From the human T2T-CHM13v2.0 reference genome, Homo sapiens: DNA of 64,000 nucleotides. Below, piece by piece: positions 1-17,802 of the stretch (position 1 is the first letter of the stretch; the number at the start of each line of letters is the position of its first letter). The translations under genes and the position numbers were made by a program. The DNA is taken from the NCBI RefSeq assembly GCF_009914755.1, contig NC_060939.1, one strand, 5' to 3'. The notes under the pieces are model-generated. The model worked only from the letters and a program-made list of their open reading frames with translations. It searched no databases and was not told where the DNA came from.

Positions 1-680
1 GGGTTTCACCCTTTTGGCCAGGCTGGTCTCGAACTCTTGACCTCGTGACCCGCCCACCTCAGCCTCCCAAAGTGCTGGGATTACAGGCATGAGCCACCAC
101 GCCTGGTGCGTGAATATACTTTAAAATTCGTTTAATTGTATACTTAAATGGATGGATTGGATTGTGTGTGGATTATATCTCCATAAAGCTGTTTAGAAAC
201 AAATCAATTACTGGAGAATTATATATTTGAATGTGAAAGGTAAATCAAGGATAGAAATTGGGAAGATGGGCACACAACTCTTTTGGGCCTCAGCCTCATT
301 ACCATGATAGCTGCCAGTAGAATCCTCTTGCCTCAGCTATAGATAGGGAGGAGAAAGGAGCTTAGGTGTGCATCCAGGGGCTGATACTCTTTCTACTTTT
401 CTTATAAAGGGAAAGTAGAAAGAGTATTAGGAGACCAAGACCAAACAGAGGAGAGCAGAGGGGAAGGATAGGAACAGGGAGGATGTTGGCAGGGTGAAGG
501 AGGGAGAGGATGCTTTAGGAATTGATCCTTGACAAATTGATGTTATGAATCTTCCCCTTTCCTCCCAGGTCTTGCTGAAGTCAGGAGGGGTAGTGATAGG
601 AAAATATATCTGGGAACAAACCTATCAAAATGGAAAGAGTTCAGGGTACTTCGGGAAAGAAGTTGAAAATCCCAAAATAG

Positions 681-991
<311 letters not shown>

Positions 992-1076
992 TGATCTGCC
1001 CACCTCAGCCTCCCAAAGTGCTGGGATTACAGGCTTGAGCCACCATGCCCGGCCTGTTTCAGGATTTGTTTTTTGA

Positions 1077-1235
<159 letters not shown>

Positions 1236-1670
1236 TAGTAGAGGCAGGGTTTCCCTGTGTTGGTCAGGCTGGTCTCAAACTCCTGACCTCAGATGATCCG
1301 CCCGCCTCAGCTTCCCAAAGTGCTGGGATTATAGGTGTAAGCCACCACACCCACCTGGGGAATGTATTCTTGAGGCAGGGGGAGAGATGTGTGCCAGCCC
1401 TCATAGACATGTACACACCTCCCATATATACGTACAGTTGCAGGAACTCAGTTGGCGGCACTAGCAGAAGGTGCTATTGTAGAGGCCCATGACCCCCTGC
1501 ATGCTCATGTAGTGACTCAGGCCAAAGCACTAGAACTCACATCTCCTAGTAAGGGTGAGGATCTGTTTTTGTTTTTTGTATTTTTTTGAGACGGAGTCTC
1601 GCTCTGTCACCCAGGCTGGAGTGCACTTCCCGGGTTCAAGTGATTCTCCCTGCTTCACCCTCCCCAGTAG

Positions 1671-1901
<231 letters not shown>

Positions 1902-3191
1902 TAAGTTGGACACTACTTAATCATAGTAAGTCCAGGAGAGGAGGGTGGCTTTACACATGGTGCTGAATTCAAGGTGCAGCAATTAATCTACCCACTGCAT
2001 ACAGCATAGGCAACTGCATTCAATATGTGCTTGCTGTGCATGAGCCTAATATTCACTGGCACTTTTCTTCCTGGCAGATCTCTGGGAATGTGGTCTTGTG
2101 CTTCACTTTATGTGTTATGAAAGTTTATGATGAAACCTTTTTAAAACAATTTTAGTATTATAGAAAATTTCAAACATATCAGAAAATAGAGAATAGTTTT
2201 ATTAACCCCCTGTGTGTCTGTCACCCAACTTCAAAAATTATCAACTCTAGTCTTGGTGCTATGGCTCATACCTGTAATCCCAGTACTTTGGGAGGCCTAG
2301 GCAGGAGGATCACTTGAGGTCAGGAGTTCAAGACCAGCCTGGCCAACATGGTGAAACCCCCCCTCTACCAAAAAAATACTAAAATTAGCTGAGAGTGGTG
2401 GTGCATGCCTGTAGTCCCAGCTACTCGCGAGGCTGAAGTGGGAGAATCACTTGAACCCGGGAGATGGAGGCTGCATGAGCTGACATCGCGCCACTGCACT
2501 CCAGCCTGAGCAACAGAGTGAGAGCTTGTCTCAAAATTATCAACTCTTGTTTTTTCTCTACCTAACCCTCCATTTCCCCTCCCCCGCATTATTGTGAAGC
2601 AAATTCCAAGCATCATCAATCTATAAGTATTTCAATATGTATTCCCTAAAAAGGTGAAGACTCTTATTTTAAAAACATATCCAATATAATCATACCATAA
2701 AATGGTAAATTATTCAGTCAGTGTTTACATTTCCCTGATCGTCTTATGCCTTTTTTTTTTTCCCCAGTTTGTTATCTTGGGATCCAAATGAGATTCAAAC
2801 ATTGCCGATTAGTTGAAATCTCTCTCTAGTCTTATAATCTATAAGGTCCTTTTCCATCTCTCTTTTTCTTTTTTCTTTCTTTTTTTTTTTTTGGTATTTA
2901 AAAAATTTTTTTAATCTTCACTTTTTTTCTTTCCTTCCTTCCTTTTAATGAAGAAACCAGGTTTTTCTGTAGAGTTTACCACAGTCCAGATGTTGCTAAT
3001 TGTGCATGCCCAAATATTTCTCTGCCCTTTTTTTTTTTTGTAAATTAATATAGGCTTGATTAGATTAACAGCGTTTTTTTTTTTTTTAAGTTTACTTTAC
3101 CGTTGTAATTCCATTAGGAAATAGATAATGTCTGGTGATGACGTGTATGCAGCCATTAATTCATTAGAGGTTGTAAAGAAGTGATATACTC

Positions 3192-3847
<656 letters not shown>

Positions 3848-3898
3848 TCACGCCACTGCACTCCAGCCTGGATGACAGAGTGAGACTCTATCTCAAAA

Positions 3899-3992
3899 GA
3901 AAGAAAGAGAGAGAGAGGGAGGGAGGAAAGGAAGGGAAGGGAGGGGAGGGGAAGGGAGGGGGGAGGGGGAAGGAAGGGAAGGGAAGGATAGG
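3899..3992 (+). repeat. Polypurine low-complexity tract (AAAG/GA/GGAAG/GGAGG) extending an Alu tail
   Basis: Read directly from the sequence. Confidence 0.9.
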
Positions 3993-4124
3993 ATAACATA
4001 AGCTGGGTTCTAGTGTTGTCATTATTTAGAGATGGGGTCTCACTTCCTCACCATGCCCAGCTAAAGTTTAAAAACTGTTTTAAAGACAAGCTCTTGCTTT
4101 GTTTCTCAGGCTGGTCTCAAGTGA

Positions 4125-4430
<306 letters not shown>

Positions 4431-4433
4431 TGA

Positions 4434-4640
<207 letters not shown>

Positions 4641-4898
4641 TAGCTGGGATTACAGGCATGCGCCACCACACCCGGCTAATTTTGTATTTTGTATTGTTGG
4701 TCAGGCTGGTCACCAACTCCCAAACTCAGGTGATCCGCCTGCCCTGGCCTCCCAAAGTGCTGGGATTACAGGCATGAGCCTCTGCACCCGGCCTGCCATT
4801 TCTTTTTTAACCAGTACATATAGTTTTGATTTTTATGTATAATTCTAGCCTTAAAAATCCTTTTTTTTTTTTTGGCTGGGTGCAGTGGCTCATGCTCA

Positions 4899-5279
<381 letters not shown>

Positions 5280-5320
5280 TCATCTCAAAAAAAAAAAAAG
5301 GAAAAAAAAAATTTTTTTTA

Positions 5321-5458
<138 letters not shown>

Positions 5459-5759
5459 CTAGACCCCATCTCAAAAAAAAAAAGGCTAGTCATAGCTGGA
5501 GACAGTGGCTCACATCTATAATCCCAGTGCTTTGGGAGGTTGAGGCAGGAGAATCACTTGAGGCCAGGAATTCGAAACTATCCGGGGCAACATAGCAAGA
5601 CCCCATCTCTACAAAAAATTTTAAAATTAGCCAGGCGTGGTGACACATCTGTAGTACTAGCTACTGGAGAGGATGAGGCAGGAAGATCGCTTGAGCCTAG
5701 GAGTTGGAGATTCAGTTGTAGGGTTTTGTTTGATTTTTGTAAATAAGGAGCTGACTTGA

Positions 5760-6023
<264 letters not shown>

Positions 6024-6612
6024 TGACCTCAAGTGATCTGCCTGCCACCTCCCAAAGTGCTGGGATTACAGGTGTGATCCACTGTGCCCGGCCCTGACTT
6101 GATTTTTTCAATACTGCATCAAGGACATCAAAGCCATTGGATTAGTTCTATAAAACATTTTTAAATAACCAAATTTTCACTGCCTTATTTTATAATTGGA
6201 GGATGTGCCAGAAAAGTTTGAGTTCAGCCTGGGATAGAGTAAGGATTATGGCTAGAAAATGGGAATAGTTACTAGGAAACTGGCTTAAAAAAAAAAATTA
6301 AAAAGGGGTTCCTGGTAAGTTGAATTTTTAGGTAATATTTATTTTCTTAACGCATAGCCATTTTCAAACTACTGTCATTCCCATGTGAGTAAGAACAACC
6401 ACAGTTCCAGTAAAATCTATGGGGAAAGGGACTTAGAAGTCAGAGACTTGAATTCAGATTCCAATTTTTTGTTTACTGGCATTATGAACTTGAGTATTCA
6501 AATTTTTCTTTGTAGAACATTTTAAAATAGGCACTCTGAAATTTGAGTTAATTCTTATATATGGTTTTGTCTGCAAGATACCAGTTCTCAGGGACTGAAT
6601 TTTTTTTTCCAG

Positions 6613-6728
6613 TTTACTGTAAACACACCACCTACTCCAGAAGACCTGATGTTAAGTCAATATGTTTACCGACCCAAGATACAGATTTATAGAGAAGATT
6701 GTGAGGCTCGTCGCCAAAAGATTGAAGA
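6613..6728 (+). CDS. KNL1: KNL1 coding exon (~exon 15 of 27): FTVNTPPTPEDLMLSQYVYRPKIQIYREDCEARRQKIEE
   Basis: Acceptor ttttttttccAG, donor GA|gtatga, 116 bp. Phase joins the next exon; translation recognised as the KNL1 C-terminal region. Confidence 0.93.
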
Positions 6729-7155
6729 GTATGAAAGCTTTAATTTTTATGTGTGTTTTTTTGAGGGGAGGGATCAGTTAATAGTTTGTGTGGTAAGGTT
6801 TTGATTAGAATAATGCTGGCATGGGGTAAAATTGATGGCATTAATTGGCAGTGTGATGTGGGAGAAAGAGCTTTGGCCTCGTAGTCAGATTGAAGCTCAG
6901 TCTTGGCTTCAACACTAGCTGTGTAACCTTGGGTAAGTCATTTAACCTTCATTTCCAAATCCTTAAAGTGAGGATAATAAAACCTACTCAGCCAATAGAT
7001 ATGAACAATAGAAATGGCGTATATAAATTGTTTTCATACCATTCTTAGGAAAAGGTAGGTCCTTAATAAGAATAAACAGTAATTTTTAGATTATGATATC
7101 ATAAGTTGATTGCTAGAGAACACCTTCAAAAGAAAATATCCTTTAGAGATTTACG

Positions 7156-7476
7156 CAAGTTGAGTAACCTTAATCTGGAAATCGGAAATCTGAAATGCTC
7201 CAAAATCCAAAATGTTTTAGCCACCAACATGATGCAAGTGGAAAATTCCACACATAAATACGTAAGTACTTTACACAAACTTTGTTTCATGCACAAAATT
7301 GTTTAAAATATTGTATAAAATTACCCTCAAACTATGTGTACAAGGTATATATGAAACATAAATGAATTTCACGTTTAGGCTTGGGTTTCACCCGCAAGGT
7401 ATCTCTTATATCCAAATAGTCCAAAATCCAAAACACTTCTGGTCCCAAGCATTTCAGATAAGGGATACTCAATCTA
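7156..7476. mobile_element. Tigger4/Zombi-like non-autonomous DNA transposon with degenerate TIRs
   Basis: Inverted termini caagttgagtaaccttaatc ... gataagggatactcaatct; internal CTGGTCCCAAGCATTT motif. Confidence 0.75.
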
Positions 7477-8167
7477 TATATAGTGCCTGAAATCAGATTG
7501 CCTTTGAGTTTATAATTTTACCACATTTACGCTTGTTTACATATATAAAAGAACATGGTTTTACGTAGAAGATAGCTCATTGCTATGGTATACGTAAATA
7601 CTGCAGACTGATTTACAAATTAGATACATCTAGATTCCCTTAGGTAAATCAGACTTTAAAACTCAAAGTAATGTTTATGTCATACTTATCTGGGACTATC
7701 CAACTAAATTTGAACCAATCTAACAGAAAAGAAATAAAATAGTCTTTAAGAATTATCTGGGTTTTAGAAGTAGAAGGAAAAGAATATTAAAAATTTTTCA
7801 AAAGAATTATGTAGTTTTGGCTGGGCGCAGTGGCTCACGCCTGTAATCCCAGCACTTTGGGAGGCTGAGGCAGGTGGATCACGAGGTCAGGAGATCGAGA
7901 CCATCCTGGCTAACACAGTGAAACCCCGTCGCTACTAAAAATACGAAAAATTAGCCGGGCGCGGTAGCAGGCACTTGTAGTCCCAGCTACTCGGGAGGCT
8001 GAGGCGGGAGAATGGCGCGAACCCAGGAGGTGGAGCTTGCAGTGAGCTGAGATCGCACCACTGCACTCCAGCAGCTTGGGCCAAAGAGCGAGACTCTGTC
8101 TCAAAAAAAAAAAAAAGAATTACGTAGTTTTAAAATCAGAAATTTAAGATATTTCAGATTTTCCTGA

Positions 8168-8626
<459 letters not shown>

Positions 8627-9071
8627 TGAGAATGTTTATTTTGAATGAAACGGGATCTTACACTCAATGAGCGGTAGGTTTAGTTGTGCTTTACTGTTTG
8701 ATTTTGCATCTGTATGCCTGCATATATCCTCTACAAGAGATATTCTATCTCTGTTAGAAATTTATTTTCTCCATTTATTAACAAAAGACTAATATATATT
8801 GAGACTATCATAACTTTGCTGCTTTTATAGATGCTATTCTAAAAATGTGAAATATGCCTTTGAACTGAATTGGAAACTTTTATTTTATTTTTTATTTTTA
8901 TTTTTGAGACAGAGCCTCACTCTGTCACCCAGGCGCGATCTCGGCTTACTGAGAACTCTGCCTCCTGGGTTGACGCCATTCTCCTGCCTCAACCTCTACT
9001 ACTACAGGCACCCGCCACCATGCCTGGCTAATTTTTTCTATTTTTAATAGAGACGAGGTTTCACCGTATTA

Positions 9072-9350
<279 letters not shown>

Positions 9351-9652
9351 TCAAAAAAATAAAATAATAATAGCTACAACTTTATAGCAGCGATCATTGA
9401 CAGACCTTAGGATTCTTTATAAGCGAAATGTTTCACATTGGAACAAGTTGGTACGTTGAGATGAGAATTCTGTTAGTGATAGAAGTTTTTTTGATGTATG
9501 ACATTCTTGAACTACTATTCTTCAGGTGAATAATCAGGCTTTTCTTGAATGAATTCCCCTCTTATTATGTAGAAAAAAACTAGGAAGAGTTAAATTAAAC
9601 ATGATTGTAGACCTGAGCTGGTTCATTCAAGCTGGCTTCTGAACCCTACGCT

Positions 9653-10669
9653 TGAAGAGGTGGCCTGCCCCTCCACACTTGTGGGTATTTCTAGTCGGAT
9701 GGGACGAGAGACTGAGAAAAGAAATAAGACACAGAGACAAAGTATAGAGAAACAACAGTGGGCCCAGGGGACCGGCTCTCAGCATACCAAGGACCTGCAC
9801 TGGCACCGGTCTCTGAGTTCCCTCAGTTTTTATTGATTATTATCTTCATTATTTCAGCAAGAAGGAATGTAGTAGGAGAGCAGGGTGATAATAAGGACAA
9901 AAACATGTAAGCAATAGAATCTACGTCATAGTTAAGTTTAAGAGAAGGTATGGTGACTGGATGTACACCTAAGCCAGATTTATGTTTCTCTCCACTCAAA
10001 CATCTCAGTGGAGTAAAGAATAACAAGGCAGCATTGCTGCAAACATGTCTCGCCTCCCACCATAGGGCGGTTTTTCTCCTATCTCAGAATCGAACAAATG
10101 TACAATCGGGTTTTATACAAAGACATTCAGTTCCCATGGGCAGGCAGGAGACAGTGGCCTTCCTCTATCTCAACTGCAAGAGGCTTTCGTCTTTTACTAA
10201 TCCACCTCAGCACAGACCATTTACGGGTGTCGGGCTGGGGGACAGTCAGGTCTTTCTCATCCCACGAGGCCATATTTCAGACTATCACATGGGGAGAAAC
10301 CTTGGACAATACCCCGCTTTCAAGGGCAGAGGTCCCTGCGGCTTTCCGCAGTGCATTGTGCCCCTGGTTTATTGAGACTAGAGAATAGCGATGACTTTTA
10401 CCAAGTATACTGCTTGTAAACATTTTGTCAACAAGGCACGTCCTGCACAGCCCTAGATCCCTTAAACTTTGATTTCATACAACACATGTTTTTGTGAGCT
10501 TCAGGTTGGGTCAAAGTGGCTGGGGCAAAGTGGTTGGGGCAAAGCTACAAATTAACAACATCTCAGCAAAACAGTTGTTCAAAGTACAGGTCTTTTTCCA
10601 AATGGAGTCTCTTACGTCTTCCTTTCTACATAGACACAGTAACAGTCTGATCTCTTTCTTTTCCCTACA
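9653..10669 (-). mobile_element. Solo HERV-K (HML-2) LTR, LTR5A-like
   Basis: Reverse complement begins TGTAGGGAAAAGAAAGAGATCAGACTGTTACTGTGTCTATGTAGAAAGG and ends GTGTGGAGGGGCAGGCCACCTCTTCA; ~1017 bp. The TSD is not clean. Confidence 0.88.
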
Positions 10670-10696
10670 GTGCTAATTAACTTTTCCGTATTTTAG

Positions 10697-10787
10697 ATTA
10701 AAGCTTTCTGCATCGAACCAAGATAAGCTGTTGGTTGATATAAATAAGAACCTGTGGGAAAAAATGAGACACTGCTCTGACAAAGAG
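10697..10787 (+). CDS. KNL1: KNL1 coding exon (~16): LKLSASNQDKLLVDINKNLWEKMRHCSDKE
   Basis: Acceptor ttttAG, donor GAG|gtactt, 91 bp, phase-consistent. Confidence 0.95.
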
Positions 10788-11355
10788 GTACTTTTGTCTC
10801 ATTTTCTGAATGAGAATCAGTGAAGACATTCTGAACGATGTTTATTGTGAAATGAGTAACTGTTACTTGGTCATAGTGATGAGTTATTTAACTTATTTTT
10901 TAAGTGTAATGTGGTACCAAGGTCTTATTTAATTACACACAATTGTTAATATATAATCTTTTCAAACCTGAGATGATCAATTTAATATATGAAATATAGT
11001 TGAAGTTTATTTAGAGTTCCCTCCTTGCTATTTGCCTTTCACTTAGATTTAGACGAAGAAAAGATTTACTTTAATTGATTAAATAGCAAGCAACCCATTT
11101 TATATGTGCCCTAATATATTAAAAAGTTTCATTAACTAAGAGCCTGTCGTTTTCTAATTTATAATATGAATAAGTGAATTAAAGGCAGGAATCAAAACTG
11201 AAATCTTTTTTCTGGTCTTAGACAATTATATGGAATTAAATTTGCAAATGACAAATATCCTGCCTTAGGATAGGCAAAGCCTAGCCTTCCTAGACCATTT
11301 ACCTCTTCTGACTCGTTTGTTTTAGTACAGTGTTCTCTATAACTTTCCCTTCCAG

Positions 11356-11472
11356 CTGAAGGCCTTTGGAATTTATCTTAACAAAATAAAGTCATGTTTT
11401 ACCAAGATGACTAAAGTCTTCACTCACCAAGGAAAAGTGGCTCTGTATGGCAAGCTGGTGCAGTCAGCTCAG
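11356..11472 (+). CDS. KNL1: KNL1 coding exon (~17): LKAFGIYLNKIKSCFTKMTKVFTHQGKVALYGKLVQSAQ
   Basis: Acceptor tttcccttccAG, donor CAG|gtaatt, 117 bp. Confidence 0.95.
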
Positions 11473-12259
11473 GTAATTTGAGACAGTTAATATCATAGAA
11501 AGAGAGAGATATTAAAATTACTTTCTAATGGTTATAGAATATGAAGAATCTTCCTTAGAAGACATGTGAATAAGACTTGGGCAAAAACTTAACAATTAAG
11601 AGGTAAGGTTCAATTTGTCAAAAGTGGCAAATCCTGACATCTTGAGTAATACTGGAATATAATTACTAATGTGGGCCTATGTCTCATCTCAAATACTATT
11701 ATCCATCATACATACTGAAATAAAATACATAGGATTCTGGTCTCCCATTGCTAAGGACTATACCATAGTATTATCTTCTTCATAGTCCATACTAAGCTGT
11801 ATATGTATGCACATGTGTTTAAAGTAGCATTTCCCAAAATGATTAGCTTTTTTAAAAGGCTCTGCATAAAAAAACTTTCCATTGGCAAGTAAGTATGGGA
11901 AATGTTGCAAGCAATATGCCCTTTCAGAGAAACATAATTTTTTAAAGTCTAAGCATAAATGCTGTAATTCTTTTTGACCACTGTTTCCTATGTTTAGTTT
12001 ATCATAGAAATGTTTTTAAGTAATAAATATTAATATATTGTATTCCATGGAACACCTATAGAAATGCTAAAATAAAGTACCAGAATTAGTTTTATGTCAA
12101 TATGCTTTTTAAATTATTTCATTTTCTTTTAATAAAATATTTTATTAAATTTATAAAATAAACATTTTATTTTCCAGAGTTCTTTTGGCTAAAACTTATT
12201 TTAATAAAATTTACTTTTATTTTTTAAGTTCCAACCTAAAGCTTTGACCTTCATTTTAA

Positions 12260-12609
<350 letters not shown>

Positions 12610-12686
12610 TTATGTGAGCAGTTTGAACCATTTATAATATTTTCTTTAGAGGTTTAACTTGACAGTCTATAATCTTTTGTATTTAG

Positions 12687-12774
12687 AATGAGAGGGAGAA
12701 ACTTCAAATAAAGATAGATGAGATGGATAAAATACTTAAGAAGATCGATAACTGCCTCACTGAGATGGAAACAG
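12687..12774 (+). CDS. KNL1: KNL1 coding exon (~18): NEREKLQIKIDEMDKILKKIDNCLTEMET
   Basis: Acceptor atttAG, donor AG|gtaaag, 88 bp, coiled-coil-like sequence. Confidence 0.95.
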
Positions 12775-13028
12775 GTAAAGTATTTTAAATACTTTTCCAA
12801 AAGAAAATTTAATTTTATCTAAATGCTCTCCTACAGTAGAGAATGTTGGTACCACGATATTGAAGACTTGTATTAGCAACTTGAGATATTAAATTAGAGT
12901 AAATTGGCTCACGCCTGTAATCCCAGCACTTTGGGAGGCCAAGCCGGGCAGATCACCTGAGGTCAGGAGTTTGAGACCAGCCTGGCCAACATGGTGAAAC
13001 CCCATCTCTACTAAAAATTTTAAAATTA

Positions 13029-13208
<180 letters not shown>

Positions 13209-13968
13209 TTAGAGCAAATTAAAGTTCCTTTACTATAGTCATCCATAATACAATCAAGAGCTGCTCAAGATAACCCAGACTGTAATTTTGTGTTTTTTAA
13301 TAGATGAATTTATCTCAGTTTGAAAACCGTCTATCCTTTCAGTTTGGTCTTTCATAATCCCAACTTTTTAGAGTTACTCTCCTGAAACTCCTTTCTCAAA
13401 GATCACATAATTCTGCATAGTCATCAAATTTTGTTCTTCTCAGTCCTTAGCCATTTTGACCTCTTTCAGCATTTGACACTGATGACTGTTCTTTTCTTCC
13501 TGAAATGTTCATCTCCCTTAATCTCTGTGATAATGCACTATCTTGACCCAGTTGTTTTCTCCTGGCTGCTCAATCCAGCTTCTCTGTTGGCCTCTCTTTC
13601 TCTAACTGATCCCTTGTGGGGATTTAGATTTTATCATCTGTTCTTTTCTATATTCTCTCCCCTAGTGCTTTCGTGTGCCTTAATAATTATGTGACTGATT
13701 CCCAAATTTAAATTCCTCAAGCATTTTTTGAGCATATACTGCATGCCAGATACTGTGCTTAGTATCAGAAAATAAATAAAAATATTTAAGACACAGATTT
13801 TGCCCTAAAGGTAGCTTATAATCATTTCAGGTGAGGGCATCTTTAGCCTCTCTTTCTTGAATTCTAGACTCAATTTCTAGCTTCCTTCTGAACCTGTATG
13901 CAAAAAATATCCTTAAACACCTTAAACTGTGAATACAGCCTGGGCAACAGAGTGAGGCACTATCTCTA

Positions 13969-14121
<153 letters not shown>

Positions 14122-14974
14122 CTAAATAAATAAATTTAAATATATTCTCCGAGCTCAAAAATAAAATTCAAAAACTTGTTCTCTCTTATGATGTTTCTCA
14201 TCTTTATGTATAGCAGTCACAATTCTTATACATTGTAAAAGCTCAATACTTTCATTGTCTTTGAGGCTCTCTTAACAAGTCCTGTCATCGGCAGCTTCAG
14301 CATCTCATGTGTTTATTTTCCTTTCCTATTAAGGCTCACCTTAATTCTGAACTGTGCTATTTCAGTCTTCTAACTAATCTTTATACATTCTTACCATTAT
14401 TCCACCTTCTTCCATTCCAACCTGCACATTGCTGCCAGATTAATAATTATGAAAGACAGTTTTCATTAATGTTACTCCTCTGAAAAACTTCTGTCTTTCC
14501 ATTTATTATAAAGTCCAAACTTAACTTTCTTTTTTTTTTTTTTTTTGAGATGGTATTTCACTCTCGTTACCCAGGCTGGAGTCAATGGCACAATCTCTGC
14601 TCACTGCAACCTCCGCCTCCCAGATTCAAGCGATTTTCCTGCCTGAGCTTCCCGAGTAGCTGGGATTACAGGCATGCACCACCAGGCCCTGCTAATTTTT
14701 TTTTTTTTTGTATTTTTAGTAGAGACGGGGTTTCTCCATGTTGGTCAGGCTGATCTCGAACTCCCGACCTCAGGTGATCCGCCCGCCTCGGCCTCCCAAA
14801 GTGCTGGGATTACGGGTGTGAGCCACTGCGCCTGGCCCAAACTTAACTTTCTCTGTGGTTGGCTTAAAGAAAAAAAAAAGGTCCAAACTTCTGAGCTTGA
14901 CATTTCATATCTTCTACAGTTGTTTTCAGATTTACATGATTTGTTACTACTCCCATACACCTCTTAAATTCTAA

Positions 14975-15463
<489 letters not shown>

Positions 15464-16000
15464 TGATCATTTCTACTTTGGTCTTTGCTACTACATACTA
15501 CGTTCTCTTTCTGTTTTTCACCAAAGAAAGTAGTCTCTTTTCCTTGAGCTCTCATGGCTCTTTTGTTAGTACTTCTTATATTACCCATCACATCTACTTG
15601 TATTATAGTTATTTTGTATAGTTTATCTTCCTGATTAAATTATAAGCTCTGTGGAGGCAGGAATCAGCTCTTCTTTTTCTCCATCTCCTTCAGAGTCCCT
15701 AGGACTATATTTCATACAGAGTAAGTGCCTAGTACATGTTTTTTGCACTGAATTGACCATGAGTACATGAATTCCATAGTCTAAAGTTCACCCCTTTGTT
15801 GACTACCTTACTTTCTCTTTCACAGAAAAAAAAAAAAAAATAGAAACCATCAGACTAGAACTTCTGAACTTCCTACTACCAAAGAAACAATCTGTCGTTT
15901 AATAAATTGTTTTTGATTGAATTATTCTTTTTTTCCTTACTTTGTTTTCTTTTTTTACTATTTTTCACTGAATTATTCTAACAAATACTGTCTACTTTAG

Positions 16001-16078
16001 AAACTAAGAATTTGGAGGATGAAGAGAAAAACAATCCTGTGGAAGAATGGGATTCTGAAATGAGAGCTGCAGAAAAAG
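16001..16078 (+). CDS. KNL1: KNL1 coding exon (~19): ETKNLEDEEKNNPVEEWDSEMRAAEK
   Basis: Acceptor ctttAG, donor AAG|gtaatt, 78 bp. Confidence 0.95.
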
Positions 16079-16243
16079 GTAATTGAATTAGTTAAGGAGA
16101 TAAATGGGTGTGGGGGAAGCCCTTCTGTTCTGAGTTTGTTTATATACTTTGGTGAGATTAAGTCAGAATTTTCAATAAAACAGATTTTTGTGGCAACATT
16201 CTAATATGTTTGTTCTGTTTTTTTTTTTTTTCTGTTTCCAAAG

Positions 16244-16283
16244 AATTGGAACAGCTGAAAACTGAAGAAGAGGAGCTTCAAAG
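16244..16283 (+). CDS. KNL1: KNL1 40-bp coding exon (~20): ELEQLKTEEEELQR
   Basis: Long poly-T tract plus aAG, donor AAG|gtcagc; this exon is needed to keep the frame. Confidence 0.93.
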
Positions 16284-17167
16284 GTCAGCCTTCAATCCAA
16301 GTGTTAGAAAATATAATGCTAAATCACAGAAGGCTAGATGACTTCCTGCCTCCAGAGACTGACAGGATTTGGGGACATGAGTCTTGATTGAGGCTGACTC
16401 AGGGCTTCTCCACTTTGAATGGAAACCTAGAGTCCATCTTAGTCAACAGTAGTTTTGAAGCACTTATTGTTTACAGGGCATTTATCCACAACAGTGTTTC
16501 TCAAGCTTGAATACTACCAGTATCCTTTTTGTTTAATAAATGTAAATATAAACAAGTATAAAATGAAGTATATATTTCTTAGGCCTATGAATCTTATTCA
16601 ACTGTAAGTGTAAAAGAAAGTAAATAGAAATAATGACAAAGCCACTAAAATTCTAGTTGACAACATTAATTTGACAGGTGATAGTGTTTGGCTGAAATTA
16701 AATTGATGCTAGCAAAATGATTAACAAAGATATGTTCTGTTTAGCTCTAACAACTAAACGAAACCAAATACAGGCAAAAAAAAAAAAACTGTGACATGTC
16801 TCAGTTTTAAAGTATATCTTATGATCTACATTATGCTTATATTTTTATATTTTTGCTTTTTATCAAAAATAAAAATGTAGTATTTAAAAGTTATCTTAAC
16901 ATGTGAATCCCAAGGATATCTTCATGGATCCTAATTTGAAAAACAATGATTTATGCCTTTCCCAGGTAGACCCACTTCTAGATTAATGCTTATAAAAAAA
17001 AAAAAAAAACTAAACTAAGAATGCAGAAATGGATGCCATACACCTAACATTATTACCTCAATGGGGAGTCATGTAGCATGTGACTTCTTATCATAAACCT
17101 TTTATATTGATAGAGTGAATTCTCTAACAAAAACCTTATCTCTCTGAATACCTGCTTTTATTTGCAG

Positions 17168-17269
17168 AAATCTCTTAGAACTGGAGGTACAAAAAGAGCA
17201 GACCCTTGCTCAAATAGACTTTATGCAAAAACAAAGAAATAGAACTGAAGAGCTACTGGATCAGTTGAG
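17168..17269 (+). CDS. KNL1: KNL1 coding exon (~21): NLLELEVQKEQTLAQIDFMQKQRNRTEELLDQL
   Basis: Acceptor tttgcAG, donor GAG|gtaagg, 102 bp. Confidence 0.95.
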
Positions 17270-17701
17270 GTAAGGAAATGCAGGCATCATTTGTTTGTGT
17301 TTTATTCTGTACCTTGTGGTTGTTTAAACCGATTGGAGCAATTGATGTATTTTTAATGTGTTGCTGTTTTTAACCTATACAGTGCTGTTTCAAAAAGAGT
17401 CAGTGTACTCAACAGTAAGCTGGAAATAGAGTAGAAGAACTATGGAATTATAATTTTTCCATATTTTATACTTTTCATTGCGTAGACTTGGTGTTTCTCT
17501 GATATACAACTCAAGATTGGGTTCTTAGTTATTTCAAAAGCTTAAGTTTGTACATCCACAATATATGAATTGAAATATTTTCTCCCAGTCCAGTGGAAAA
17601 ACATTAGCAGCTGCTGTTGGTACTGTTTGGGTGGTATCAGAAGTTCTCTTTTATGTTAATTTTAAAAACGCTTTTTAAAAATCTTGTTTATCTCTCTACA
17701 G

Positions 17702-17802
17702 CTTGTCTGAGTGGGATGTCGTTGAGTGGAGTGATGATCAAGCTGTATTCACCTTTGTTTATGACACGATACAACTCACCATCACCTTTGAAGAGTCAGT
17801 TG
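17702..17802 (+). CDS. KNL1: KNL1 coding exon (~22): SLSEWDVVEWSDDQAVFTFVYDTIQLTITFEESV (start of the RWD region)
   Basis: Acceptor ctctacAG, donor TTG|gtaagg, 101 bp. Confidence 0.95.

Noticed and set aside
9950-10388. 141-aa and 96-aa ORFs in a KNL1 intron
   Set aside because: They lie wholly within the antisense strand of the LTR5A solo LTR; chance ORFs.
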